From Dehalococcoidia bacterium (GTDB lineage Bacteria; Chloroflexota; Dehalococcoidia; Lucifugimonadales; UBA3495), in assembly GCA_022827095.1 (NCBI GenBank), contig JAJDTP010000011.1, positions 1,230 through 65,229 of the forward strand: 64,000 nucleotides of DNA. The letters run 5' to 3'. Of this stretch, positions 1 through 8,851 are shown piece after piece. The notes under the pieces are model-generated. The model saw only the letters and a program-made list of their open reading frames with translations, was not told the DNA's origin and ran no database searches. Numbering within the stretch: position 1 is the first letter of the stretch; each line of letters starts with the position of its first letter. The translations under genes were made by a program, and so were the position numbers.

Positions 1-495
1 GGCGAGGAGAACCGCGGGTGGTACGTGGCGGTGACACTGCTGGACTTCGAGCGATCGGGCATCGATTACTCAGCCATCGCACGGCGGCTGCTGGATGACA
101 CGCGGGAGTACGCGGGAAAGGTCTCCCGCAACGGCATTAAGGTGACGGAACAACCCTGGGTGCGAAACCTGCTGGCCGACCGGTACGTAGAGTGCGAGGT
201 GGCACGCCTGATGGCCTACAACGTGGCGTGGATGCAGGGGGAGGGCCTGGTCCCGAACAAGGAAGCGTCCATGAGCAAGGCTTTCGGGAGCGAAACACTG
301 CACCGGTCCGCCAACAGTGTGCTGGAAGTGGCGGGCCTCGATGGAGTGCTGGGACGTGGCGAGAAGCGGGCTCCATTGAATGGCCGCCTGCCGGAAAATT
401 GGATGATCAGCTTTTCCCACAAGATCGCCGGCGGCACCTCGGAAGTGCAGCGGGGCATTGTGGCCGGCCGGGGCCTGGGGCTGCCCCGGGGTTAG
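1..495 (+). CDS. acyl-CoA dehydrogenase, C-terminal part (5' end outside the window)
   Basis: The frame is open from base 1 to TAG 493-495. The tail (NKEASMSKAFGSE ... IAGGTSEVQRGIVAGRGLGLPRG) shows the conserved C-terminal helical-domain pattern of acyl-CoA dehydrogenases. Confidence 0.8.
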   Translation, partial: GEENRGWYVAVTLLDFERSGIDYSAIARRLLDDTREYAGKVSRNGIKVTEQPWVRNLLADRYVECEVARLMAYNVAWMQGEGLVPNKEASMSKAFGSETLHRSANSVLEVAGLDGVLGRGEKRAPLNGRLPENWMISFSHKIAGGTSEVQRGIVAGRGLGLPRG

Positions 496-501
496 ACCGG
501 G

Positions 502-897
502 CTATTCGTCGTCGCCAGCGAGCCTTCTGGCTAGTTCCGGGGTGAGTTCCACGCCCTGCTCTTGCAGGATTCGACCGATCCGCTTGCGCTCCTCCCGGAT
601 ACCTTCTTCGCGGGCTTGGCGCTGGCGTTCCCGGGCTTTGCGTTCGGCGGCTTCTTTGGCTGCGAAGAACATTTTGAAAACTCCATAGAGCGCTGTGGTG
701 GTGGGGAACAGCAGCAGCGTTGCCGTTATTATAATCCCGTCTTCCCGATTGGTCAGCGCCGCGAGGTAGCCCAACAGGGGAAGCCCGTTGCAGAAGGCGC
801 AGGCGTTGACGGCGACCGATAGCAACATACTGGCGCTGACTGATGCCGCACCATCGAAGAACCGCCACAGTGCGGTGTTGGGTCTGTCTTCGGCCAT
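502..897 (-). CDS. hypothetical membrane protein with charged C-terminal tail
   Basis: Hydrophobic segments (SASMLLSVAVNACAF, IIITATLLLFPTTTALYGVFKMFF) are followed by a Lys/Arg/Glu-rich tail. The preferred ATG (895-897) overlaps the upstream stop as TGATG; the ORF-track start at 927 is an alternative. No family recognised. Confidence 0.45.
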   Translation of the reverse strand: MAEDRPNTALWRFFDGAASVSASMLLSVAVNACAFCNGLPLLGYLAALTNREDGIIITATLLLFPTTTALYGVFKMFFAAKEAAERKARERQRQAREEGIREERKRIGRILQEQGVELTPELARRLAGDDE

Positions 898-1265
898 CAG
901 TGGGCTCGCTTCGTTCGAGGCGGCCATGCCGCCAGGCTGGCGAACACGGCGGCTTCTGACGGCGTCAGCTCCCGCATGGCATCACGACAACGGCGCAAAG
1001 CTCGAAACACGGTCCGCTCGGTGATGGAGAATCGTTTCGCTGCTTCGGGGATAGTGAGACCTTCGTTTTGTATCACCGAGGCCATGTGCAGATACCGCCC
1101 CAAACGACGGTATTTGTAGAACCACTCCATGTCGTCGAACTTGCAGCGGGGTAGCGGACAGTCGAAACAGGTGGAAGCGACCTCACACCCGGTATCCTCG
1201 TAGTGGTCGAATCTCGGCTCGGCGATTTGACGCTGCTTGGATGCCACGGCGTTCATGGCGAACAT
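897..1265 (-). CDS. small Cys4 plus helix-turn-helix DNA-binding protein (putative regulator)
   Basis: ORF-track frame 897..1451 is trimmed to Met 1265 (or 1256) because the longer version overlaps ruvX. It contains CEVASTCFDCPLPRC (four Cys) followed by the HTH-like segment LTIPEAAKRFSITERTVFRALRR. Confidence 0.5.
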   Translation of the reverse strand: MFAMNAVASKQRQIAEPRFDHYEDTGCEVASTCFDCPLPRCKFDDMEWFYKYRRLGRYLHMASVIQNEGLTIPEAAKRFSITERTVFRALRRCRDAMRELTPSEAAVFASLAAWPPRTKRAH

Positions 1266-1395
1266 AAGCCACCTCGAAACGGACGTTCTAAACACCTCAG
1301 CATTATAGAACGCAAGTTCGCAGTGCGTCAAGCGGCGCGACCGCATGAATTCAGGATGCCGACGGAAGAGCGGCCCGTCGGGATGGGAATGACGC

Positions 1396-1842
1396 CTATG
1401 AGGCGAGAAAACGACGCAGGATTGTCGCCGCGGCGGCGGCATCCACGGCACCGGGGTCGCGGCTCGGGCTCTGACCGGACTGCAGCAGGTCGTTGGCGGC
1501 AGCGTTGGAGCTGAACGATTCGTCGACGGTCAGCACGGGTATATCGATGGCCCTTTGCAGCGCGCGAACCAGCGTGGCGATTTTACGAGCCTGCTCCCCG
1601 GATTGGCCATGGGCGTCGTAGGGCATGCCCGCAACGATCGCTACTGCATCGCGCTGGCGGGCCTGTTCCAGGATCGCGGCGATATCGGATCGCCGATTGC
1701 GTCGTTCCAGGTAGCCGGCAGGCAGGATCAGCTCTCCCGGGGGTATGCTTACCGCCAGCCCGATGCGTCGGTCGCCCACGTCCAGGCCCAGCAGGCGGCC
1801 GGCGCGGGCAAGGTCCGACGGTTTGGGCGGAGACATGATCAA
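1396..1842 (-). CDS. ruvX: Holliday junction resolvase-like protein RuvX/YqgF
   Basis: 148 aa. It has the N-terminal RNase H-like motif LLGLDVGDRRIGLAVS, the length is typical of YqgF, and it lies downstream of alaS as in many bacteria. Confidence 0.85.
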   Translation of the reverse strand: MIMSPPKPSDLARAGRLLGLDVGDRRIGLAVSIPPGELILPAGYLERRNRRSDIAAILEQARQRDAVAIVAGMPYDAHGQSGEQARKIATLVRALQRAIDIPVLTVDESFSSNAAANDLLQSGQSPSRDPGAVDAAAAATILRRFLAS

Positions 1843-1860
1843 TCGTTCTATAACGACAAG

Positions 1861-2256
1861 TCAGCTGATTTGCAACTCCGGGAAGTAGGTGGAATAGAAT
1901 CCCCGGTCTCTGGTCAGGAATGCGTCAGCAGCAGCGATGGCGTGGACGCCAATCAGAAAATCGGTGACGATACGCGTTCTGGGGCCGCCAGCCCGCCGGT
2001 ATTGCCCCCAGCGAAACCCGGCGGCAAAGGCGATGTCCGTATTTATCGGTGAAACCGTTGCGCCGATGGTGTGCAACGCTGCGTCCAGGGCGTCGCGATT
2101 TTCAAAGTTCGGGACCAGTTCCGCATACACGATGTCGCAGATAATGATCGGGCCTCGATCATAGGCAATCCGAAGCAATTCTCCGGACGCCTGGCCGATT
2201 GTTTCATCTGAGGTGGTTATGTCCACCAAGATGTTGGTGTCAACTGCGGTGGTCAT
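1861..2256 (-). CDS. vapC: PIN-domain toxin VapC
   Basis: PIN pattern: an N-terminal acidic strand (TAVDTNILVD), a central DIVYAEL and a C-terminal FLTRD. The start is moved to Met 2256, which overlaps the antitoxin gene by 17 nt. The longer ORF-track start at 2370 is antisense-like and Pro/Thr-rich. Confidence 0.8.
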   Translation of the reverse strand: MTTAVDTNILVDITTSDETIGQASGELLRIAYDRGPIIICDIVYAELVPNFENRDALDAALHTIGATVSPINTDIAFAAGFRWGQYRRAGGPRTRIVTDFLIGVHAIAAADAFLTRDRGFYSTYFPELQIS

Positions 2257-2521
2257 TATACCGGCGCAGTTCTGCGGCATAATCATAGCCGCGAATGTCC
2301 GACATATACTCGTCGGTGCTCCCGTACTCCTTGGCTGCCCAGCCGTTGGCGATGCCGTAAATGGCGTCAACGGGATGCAACTCCGACGACCGTTTTCGTA
2401 TGAGCATCCCTTCGTCAGTCAGAATTAGTTCAATCTCCACATCGGGCGCGAAGCCGCAATATTCTCGCAGACGCTTGGGGATGGTGATCTGTTCCTCCAT
2501 GGAGATGGTAATACGCAACAT
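2240..2521 (-). CDS. vapB: AbrB/SpoVT-family antitoxin VapB
   Basis: 93 aa. It has an N-terminal swapped-hairpin-type motif (ITIPKRLREYCGF ... VEIELI) and lies immediately upstream of, and overlapping, the PIN gene. Confidence 0.75.
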   Translation of the reverse strand: MLRITISMEEQITIPKRLREYCGFAPDVEIELILTDEGMLIRKRSSELHPVDAIYGIANGWAAKEYGSTDEYMSDIRGYDYAAELRRYNDHRS

Positions 2522-2545
2522 GTCCTCCGATGCCCGGTTTGATTA

Positions 2546-5284
2546 TCAGTTTAGAGCATCGCGCACCAGGTTGCCGACGCTGTCCAGCGCCGCGCCCAGG
2601 CGTTCCGGTTGGCGTCCTCCGGCCTGGGCGGTTTCCGGACGGCCGCCGCCGCCGCCGCCCATGAGCTTGGCGGCGTCCCGGGCGATGTTGCCGGCGTGGA
2701 GGCCCCGGTTCACCAAGTCTGGCGTGACCATGGTGACGATGATTGGGGATCCATCGATGACCGCGCCCAGGGCGACGACGACGTTCTCCAGTTTCTGCTT
2801 CAGGAAGTCCCCCATCTCGCGCATGGCTTCAACGTTGTGCGCGGAGGTCACACTGGCGATCAGTTTCACGCCGTCGACGTCGCGGGTGCGCCCGAGCAGG
2901 GTCTCGGCTTCCGAGCGTAGGCTGGCGCGTTCGGCATCGGCGAGGCGCCGGCGCAGGACGTCAGTGTCGGCCATGTAGGCGTCCAGCCGGGCCTCAAGCT
3001 CGGCCACGGGCGCCTGCAGTTTGCGCGAGATGGCTTCCAGCGTGGCCGACTGCTGCACGAATAGTTCCTCGGCAGCCCGCCCGGTCATGGCTTCGATACG
3101 ACGCATACCGCCGCCGATGCTGGATTCGCCCAGTACGACCAGCGTGCCGACCTCGCCGGTGGCGTGAACGTGGGTGCCGCCGCAGACCTCGAAGCTGAAC
3201 GGTTCGTCATGATCATCGCGATGGCCCATACGCACAACTCGAACCACGTCGCCGTAACGGTCGCCGAAGAAGGCCAGCGCGCCGTCCCGAACCGCGTCAG
3301 TGTAGGTGGTCTCGCGGGTTGTGATTGACAAGTTCTCGCGGATTTTTCGGTTGGCCAGGCTTTGGACGTCCAATTGTTCGCCCTGGGTCATCGCTCCAAC
3401 GTGATTGAAGTCGAAGCGCAGCCGGCCGGGGGCGCACAGCGAACCGGCCTGGCGGACGTGGGGTCCCAATATAGACCGTAGCGCGGCGTGGAGCAGGTGG
3501 GTACCGCTGTGGTTGCGGGATGCGTCGAGGCGGCGCTCCGTCTCCACCTCGGCGGTAACCGCTTCGCCCAGAGCGATGTCACCCTCGGACACCAGTCCAC
3601 GGTGGACGATCAGTCCCGCCACTGGGCTCTGCGTGTCTTCGATGCGAACGCGGCCGTTTGGTCCCGTGATCAGCCCTTGATCACCCACCTGTCCGCCGCC
3701 CTCGGCGTAGAAGCAGGTTTCGGCCAGGACAATCTCGACCTGCTGGCCCCGGGTGGCGTGGCCCACTGCCTCGCCTTCCCGCAGGATGCCCAGCACGCGG
3801 GTGTCTATGGCCGTGCGCTGGTAACCGTCGAAGGTGGTGCGACCGGCGCCCAGGTTCTCATATGCGGTGACGATTTCCATGCTGCCGGTGACCTGGTGTC
3901 CGGCCCGGTCTCGCTCGCGCTTGGCTTCCATCTCGGCGTTGAAGCCGTCCATATCGACGGCCAAACCGTACTCCCGGCGACCGATCTCGTCCACCAGTTC
4001 GGGCGGGAACCCGTAGGTGTCGTATAGTTCGAATACCACCGCGCCGGCGATGATGCCCTCGGATTTGGACGACGCCAGGACATCCTCAAGCAGGGGCATT
4101 CCCTGGCGGATGTTGTCCAGGAACTGAGTTTCCTCAAGACCGACAACGCGGCGGATGAATCCCTCGTTTTCCGAGAGGGCGGGGTACGCTGAAGCGAAAC
4201 GCGCGATCACGGCGTCGGATACTTCGGTCATGAAAGGACGGTCGAGGCCCAGCTGGCGCCCGTAGCGGATGGCTCGCCGGATGATGCGGCGGAGGACGTA
4301 ACCACGGTCGCTGTTGGACGGGACGACGCCGTCGCTGATGAGGAACGATGCGGCGCGGGCGTGCTCGGCAACGACGCGGATGGCGTAGTCGGTTTCCTGT
4401 TCGGAACCGTATACGTGGCCGGTGAGATTGCAGACGGAGTCGATGATCGGGCGGAACAGGTCGGTCTCGTAAACGTTGGGCTTGCCCTGCAGCACGGCGG
4501 CGGCGCGCTCGAGGCCCATGCCGGTGTCGACGCTGGGGGCGGGCAAAGGGGTGCGGACGCCGTCGAGGTCCTGGTAGAACTGCATGAAAACCAGGTTCCA
4601 CAGCTCCACGAACCGTTCGCAGTCGCAGTTGGGATGGCAGCCGCCCGGGTCGGCAGCGGGACCGCCCTCGGCCTCTATCCTGAGCATGGCGGTGAGTTCG
4701 TCGGGGAGCATCATTTCGTCGGTGACGCGGTGTTGGCCACGCCCCTTTTCGGCTCCGCCGTCGTAATGTAGCTCCGAGCAAGGGCCCGTAGGTCCTTCCA
4801 GGCCGGCCGGACCCCACCAGTTGTCGCTGTTGCCGTAGCGGTAGATTCGCTCCGACGGCACACCGATGTCATTGAGCCACAGGTCGTAGGCTTCGTCGTC
4901 GTCCAGGTGGACGGTAACGTACATCCTTTCCGGTTCCAGACCGAAAACACCAGTGCAGAGGTCCCACGCGAAGGCGACGGCGTCCTTCTTGAAGTAGTCA
5001 CCGATGCTGAAATTACCCAGCATCTCGAAGAAGGTAAGGTGCTTATGGTCACCCACCTCGTCGATGTCGGTGGTGCGGAAGGACTTCTGGCAGCTGGTGA
5101 GACGGCGACGGGGTGGAGTCTGCTCCCCCATGAAGAAAGGCTTGAAGGGCACCATCCCGGCAGAGGTGAAGAGCAGGGTTGGGTCACCGGCTGGAATGAG
5201 GGAAGCAGAGGGCATGTACTGGTGCCCGCGCTGTTCGAAGAATTCTGCGAAGGATCTGCGAATACTGTCGCCGTCCGTGTTCAT
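2546..5284 (-). CDS. alaS: alanine--tRNA ligase
   Basis: 912 aa, full length. It shows the class II catalytic core (FFEQRGH, DPTLLFTSAGM), editing-domain metal motifs (HSGTHLLH, CGGTHV) and a C-terminal DHHA1-like region with a GGGGG run. Confidence 0.97.
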   Translation of the reverse strand: MNTDGDSIRRSFAEFFEQRGHQYMPSASLIPAGDPTLLFTSAGMVPFKPFFMGEQTPPRRRLTSCQKSFRTTDIDEVGDHKHLTFFEMLGNFSIGDYFKKDAVAFAWDLCTGVFGLEPERMYVTVHLDDDEAYDLWLNDIGVPSERIYRYGNSDNWWGPAGLEGPTGPCSELHYDGGAEKGRGQHRVTDEMMLPDELTAMLRIEAEGGPAADPGGCHPNCDCERFVELWNLVFMQFYQDLDGVRTPLPAPSVDTGMGLERAAAVLQGKPNVYETDLFRPIIDSVCNLTGHVYGSEQETDYAIRVVAEHARAASFLISDGVVPSNSDRGYVLRRIIRRAIRYGRQLGLDRPFMTEVSDAVIARFASAYPALSENEGFIRRVVGLEETQFLDNIRQGMPLLEDVLASSKSEGIIAGAVVFELYDTYGFPPELVDEIGRREYGLAVDMDGFNAEMEAKRERDRAGHQVTGSMEIVTAYENLGAGRTTFDGYQRTAIDTRVLGILREGEAVGHATRGQQVEIVLAETCFYAEGGGQVGDQGLITGPNGRVRIEDTQSPVAGLIVHRGLVSEGDIALGEAVTAEVETERRLDASRNHSGTHLLHAALRSILGPHVRQAGSLCAPGRLRFDFNHVGAMTQGEQLDVQSLANRKIRENLSITTRETTYTDAVRDGALAFFGDRYGDVVRVVRMGHRDDHDEPFSFEVCGGTHVHATGEVGTLVVLGESSIGGGMRRIEAMTGRAAEELFVQQSATLEAISRKLQAPVAELEARLDAYMADTDVLRRRLADAERASLRSEAETLLGRTRDVDGVKLIASVTSAHNVEAMREMGDFLKQKLENVVVALGAVIDGSPIIVTMVTPDLVNRGLHAGNIARDAAKLMGGGGGGRPETAQAGGRQPERLGAALDSVGNLVRDALN

Positions 5285-5343
5285 ACGAGGTTACGACTCC
5301 CGTAGTTAAGGTTACGAAAAGTGGTTATTCGGGGACGCAACTG

Positions 5344-5373
5344 ATTTTAGGGTAACGCCGCAAACAGCGTCAA
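5344..5373 (-). promoter_or_regulatory. candidate sigma70-type promoter for alaS
   Basis: On the minus strand: TTGACG (5373-5368), an 18-nt spacer, then TAAAAT (5349-5344), about 60 nt upstream of the alaS ATG. Confidence 0.35.
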
Positions 5374-5395
5374 CGATTGGCGGAGCAGGCAACGG

Positions 5396-5941
5396 TCAGC
5401 CGACACGCTGATCCCGCAGGTGGTCAATAAGTAGCGAGAAATTGGGGCAGGCGTTGTAGACGGTGGTGAGGTTTAGTTGATTCAGTGGTGCCGCGGCATG
5501 GTTTGTCTTATTGTACGTGCCCTTACGACACTCGCGTGTTGCGTTGTGCAGTCCGTTGAGCACGTCCTGCCTAAGAATGTTTTCGATGTCCGGGTTGCGG
5601 GGTAGGGAGTTCACACGGAACCCACTGCCAAAATATCCTGTCAGGGTCTCTCGGTCTGCCAAAAACCAAGCCTCCATGAGTTGGACCATGAAAAAGGCAT
5701 GATTGTTGTGTCCGATTCGCCCCTTTACGCGGTCCACCAGTTGGGTCGACACCGTGCCTTCAGAGTCAATGAGCAACACTGAACCGGAACCTCTGGCGCA
5801 TCTCCTGATTGCGTCGTCGCCCGAACCGCAGGGTGTGACATCCAGAGCTACTGATCGCTGGTGGATCACATAGGCAGAGCGGCTCAGAAATGCCTGCATG
5901 GGGCCGCGAAGGTGTCTGCCGCCCTCCAGAAATATGTCCAT
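5396..5941 (-). CDS. DUF4276-family protein (possible TOPRIM-like partner of the upstream ATPase)
   Basis: 181 aa. IFLEGG, LLIDSEG, FFMVQLMEAWFLAD and the C-terminal CPNFSLLIDHL match my recollection of the DUF4276 consensus (VEG.tE, EfEALlfaD, CPhFd.wl..L). The start lies 6 nt after the ATPase stop. Confidence 0.7.
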   Translation of the reverse strand: MDIFLEGGRHLRGPMQAFLSRSAYVIHQRSVALDVTPCGSGDDAIRRCARGSGSVLLIDSEGTVSTQLVDRVKGRIGHNNHAFFMVQLMEAWFLADRETLTGYFGSGFRVNSLPRNPDIENILRQDVLNGLHNATRECRKGTYNKTNHAAAPLNQLNLTTVYNACPNFSLLIDHLRDQRVG

Positions 5942-5947
5942 TGGCGG

Positions 5948-7141
5948 CTAGCGTACCCCACGGACAGCGCCGGACATCCACGCGTCGCCAAGTGTCATGT
6001 TCTCCAACCAGCCCTCCAGCTTCTCCAGAGAGAGACGGTTGAACTGAGTTCCGTCTGCGCGATGGCGGTTTCGCTCGCATACCACCACGTAATCGAGGTC
6101 ATCGGAGAAGCGGTCAATCAACCAGGGTGAATGGGTGGTTACTATCAGTTGGGTTCGCTCCGACGCTCTTTTCAGCAGTTGAACCACCAGGTCCTGCGAG
6201 TCGGGGTGCATGGCAAGTTCCGGCTCCTCGATGCAGATGAGCGGCGGCGGGTTGGGATGGCACAGGATTGCGAGCAGGGCGATGAAGCGGATGGTTCCAT
6301 CAGACAATCGGGAGGCCGGCAGCGCGCTGGACATTCCGATTTCGTTAACGATCAACTCAATGGTGTTCCCGAAGATGCGTGGATGCAGGCTTTCGTAGGA
6401 CTCGTAGAAACGCTGGAGGTAGGATTCCAGGGACGGTTCCAGCCGGTGGCTGAGCAAATCGTTTACCACCAGGGCCAGGTTGCTGAAATCCTCCTCCAGA
6501 AAATTGGGATCGCCATCAGTGCGCTGGGGACGACGCACCGGGCTGTCGCGGCCAACATACCAATTGCGATAAACCTTTATCGCAGAGAGCATACGTGCGG
6601 TCTCGGTGATTGCAGGATAGTCAGCGTAACTGCGTATTTCACTCAAAACTGACTTACCACGTTCGACATCAACCGTTATGGGTTCGTCGCCAAACTCGGC
6701 AAGAGTGCGGTCAGGCCGTTTCGGCCAAAGCTGGGCCTGCGCGTTATCCGCTCGAAAAAAGGGATTAGCATAGGAATATTCGCGGTCCCGCGCCATCAGG
6801 TCGAGCCGTTCGTTTATGGAATGAACACGGTCGTTTTGTACGATAATTTTCAATTCGTACCCGAATGGACTTCCCGGATTGTCAAACCTGACCGCCACTT
6901 CGGCGATCTGGAAAGGTGTTTCCTCCCACCCGGTCCCTTTCCAAATCCAGTCGTCGGTAGGTCCGTTACTGCGCAAAAACCCGGCTATATCGCTGGGTAC
7001 CGCTTTCAGCAGTCCGATCACATCAATCAGGTTCGACTTGCCCGACCCGTTGGCGCCGATGAGCACGTTCAGCGGCTGAAGATCCAGCTTGGTGTCCTTA
7101 AATGACAGGATGTTTTTCAGGTGCAGCGATTTGATCAGCAT
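5948..7141 (-). CDS. AAA_15/AAA_21-type ABC ATPase (OLD/SMC-like), no fused nuclease
   Basis: Trimmed to Met 7141 (MLIKSLHLKN); the ORF-track start at 7450 runs antisense through the neighbouring gene. Motifs: Walker A GANGSGKSN, signature-like LSDGT, Walker B/D-loop LICIEEPELAMHP and H-loop TTHSP. Confidence 0.8.
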   Translation of the reverse strand: MLIKSLHLKNILSFKDTKLDLQPLNVLIGANGSGKSNLIDVIGLLKAVPSDIAGFLRSNGPTDDWIWKGTGWEETPFQIAEVAVRFDNPGSPFGYELKIIVQNDRVHSINERLDLMARDREYSYANPFFRADNAQAQLWPKRPDRTLAEFGDEPITVDVERGKSVLSEIRSYADYPAITETARMLSAIKVYRNWYVGRDSPVRRPQRTDGDPNFLEEDFSNLALVVNDLLSHRLEPSLESYLQRFYESYESLHPRIFGNTIELIVNEIGMSSALPASRLSDGTIRFIALLAILCHPNPPPLICIEEPELAMHPDSQDLVVQLLKRASERTQLIVTTHSPWLIDRFSDDLDYVVVCERNRHRADGTQFNRLSLEKLEGWLENMTLGDAWMSGAVRGVR

Positions 7142-7176
7142 GGCGGCCCCCGTTTCGAAGGCGCGGGGTCGGTGGG

Positions 7177-7551
7177 TCAGTATTCGAAACCCGTCTCCGC
7201 GGCCCAGGCCTGGACGCCGCGGCGGAACGCCAGCGCGCCCATGGGAGCGATGACGGCCTGCATGGCTTCGAGGATTTCGCGGGGTGTGGCGCCCTCGTTC
7301 AGGGCGACGCGGATGTGGGCCTGGATCTGCTCCTGGTCGGCGCGCAGGGCGGTTTCGACACAGATCTGGAGGAGTTCCTTGGTTTTGCGGTCCAGCAGGC
7401 GTTGACCGGTGTAGGTGGCCTCGATGAACTCGCCGTATTTTTGGGTCCATTCCGGGTCGGCGAGGGCGTTGATGCGGTGCATCTCCAGGGTGTATCCCCG
7501 GGTCTGGGCGGCTTCCTCGATCAAGCGCTGGGCGTCTGCATTGTCCGGCAT
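7177..7551 (-). CDS. carboxymuconolactone decarboxylase (AhpD-like) family protein
   Basis: Trimmed to MPDNADAQ at 7551. The segment KTKELLQICVETALRADQEQIQAHIRVALNEGATPREILEAM fits the CMD/AhpD-like helical fold pattern. Confidence 0.75.
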   Translation of the reverse strand: MPDNADAQRLIEEAAQTRGYTLEMHRINALADPEWTQKYGEFIEATYTGQRLLDRKTKELLQICVETALRADQEQIQAHIRVALNEGATPREILEAMQAVIAPMGALAFRRGVQAWAAETGFEY

Positions 7552-7576
7552 GGTGGCCTCCTGGGTTGGATTGGGT

Positions 7577-8650
7577 TTAGAGATCGTAGTGGGTGCGGGC
7601 GGCGGCCTGGAGCGGGTCATCCTGCTGGAACAGGTCGGGATGTGTCCCACGCGCCAGGGCCAGGTGGTAGGTGAAAAGCTGCAGCGGGACGACACTGGCG
7701 ATGGGCATCAGGTATTCGGGACAATCCGGCAGCGGGAACGTGATCGCTCCAGCATCGGCCAATGCAGTGTCAACCTGGTTGGTCAGGGCCCACACCGGTG
7801 CGCCCAACTCGCGGGCGGCATTGGCCAGATCGGCGGACCGACCCCGGTCCTCGGTGTCAGGGGCGATGAGCGTCAGCAGGCACTCCGAGTCCAGGGAGCA
7901 GAAGGGTCCGTGGAGCAACTGCTCGATCTGGAAGCCCTCGCAATCGGCGCGGCTGGTTTCCTTGATTTTGAGGGCCACCTCGTAGGCGTTGGCCCGGTTC
8001 GCGCCCCAGCCCGCGGAAATGAACCGGCGCCGTGCTTGGTGCTCGGCGACCACTTGGCGCACTTCCTCTTCGTGGGCTAGGATGTCGGAGATCTGCTGTG
8101 GAAACGCGTCCAGGCCGCTGGCCGGATCATCGAGGCGACCGGCCATGCCCAGATTCAGCATGGCAAGCACGGTGAGGGCCGTCGTGTAGCTGATGGTGAA
8201 GGCCGCCGACTTCTCTTGATCCACGGTGCGAATGCCGTCATCGGCAACGAGGATGCGCGGCCCCGGGTCGGTGGAAGTGATGGCCACCGTATACGCGCCG
8301 AGACTGTTGGCGACATCCAGCGCGTCGTACGACGAACGCTTGGTGCCGCGGTGGCTGATGACGATCACCCCGTCGTCGGAGGTGACGCGCGGCGGAGACA
8401 CGCAGAATTCGAACGAGTTGCACGCGAAAGCTTCAGGGCCGGCGTCCATGATGGACGCTCCCACCAGCGCCGCGTGCCACGAAGTGCCGATGCCCACGAT
8501 GTACATGCGGCGCTTTCGTGAAAGTTCTGCGGCGACCTCTGCGCAACGTTCCTTCTGGGTGGATATCACCGACTGGATGGCGCCGGGCTGGGCGACGATG
8601 GCGTCGTGCATGAAGTACGGATGCCGGTCGCGTGGAGCGAGAGTAGTCAT
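7577..8650 (-). CDS. SIS-domain phosphosugar isomerase/deglycase-like protein
   Basis: 357 aa with two SIS modules (MYIVGIGTSWHAALVGA ... and FISAGWGANRANAYEVALKIKE). It resembles the GlmS C-terminal half, FrlB and AgaS. Confidence 0.8.
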   Translation of the reverse strand: MTTLAPRDRHPYFMHDAIVAQPGAIQSVISTQKERCAEVAAELSRKRRMYIVGIGTSWHAALVGASIMDAGPEAFACNSFEFCVSPPRVTSDDGVIVISHRGTKRSSYDALDVANSLGAYTVAITSTDPGPRILVADDGIRTVDQEKSAAFTISYTTALTVLAMLNLGMAGRLDDPASGLDAFPQQISDILAHEEEVRQVVAEHQARRRFISAGWGANRANAYEVALKIKETSRADCEGFQIEQLLHGPFCSLDSECLLTLIAPDTEDRGRSADLANAARELGAPVWALTNQVDTALADAGAITFPLPDCPEYLMPIASVVPLQLFTYHLALARGTHPDLFQQDDPLQAAARTHYDL

Positions 8651-8752
8651 GCAAGCATAATCCGGAGCGGTGAATTGCCACTGCGGGTTGGGTGGCGAAA
8701 ATATGATAACAGGGTTGGATTTGGTGTCCCAATCGCCGGGCCGAGCGGCGAA

Positions 8753-8781
8753 CTGACGGATGAAACCAAAGCGGCTATAAT
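8753..8781 (+). promoter_or_regulatory. candidate promoter for the amidohydrolase-2 gene
   Basis: CTGACG (8753-8758), a 17-nt spacer, then TATAAT (8776-8781), located in the divergent intergenic region. Confidence 0.3.
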
Positions 8782-8851
8782 TCGCTGTAACGTCCGTCGC
8801 TGGAAGTCGCTAAGGCTGAGGCGACCGCGCCAATACAGGAGCGAACCGATA

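Noticed and set aside
5285-5395. Possible T-box or other leader riboswitch upstream of alaS
   Set aside because: Only ~110 nt are available and they contain a plausible promoter. That is too short for a T-box, and I saw no specifier or T-box sequence.
7142-7450. N-terminal extension of the ATPase ORF (track start 7450)
   Set aside because: The extension is Arg/Pro/His-rich, overlaps the CMD-family gene on the same strand in another frame, and the Walker A motif follows the Met at 7141 at the usual distance.
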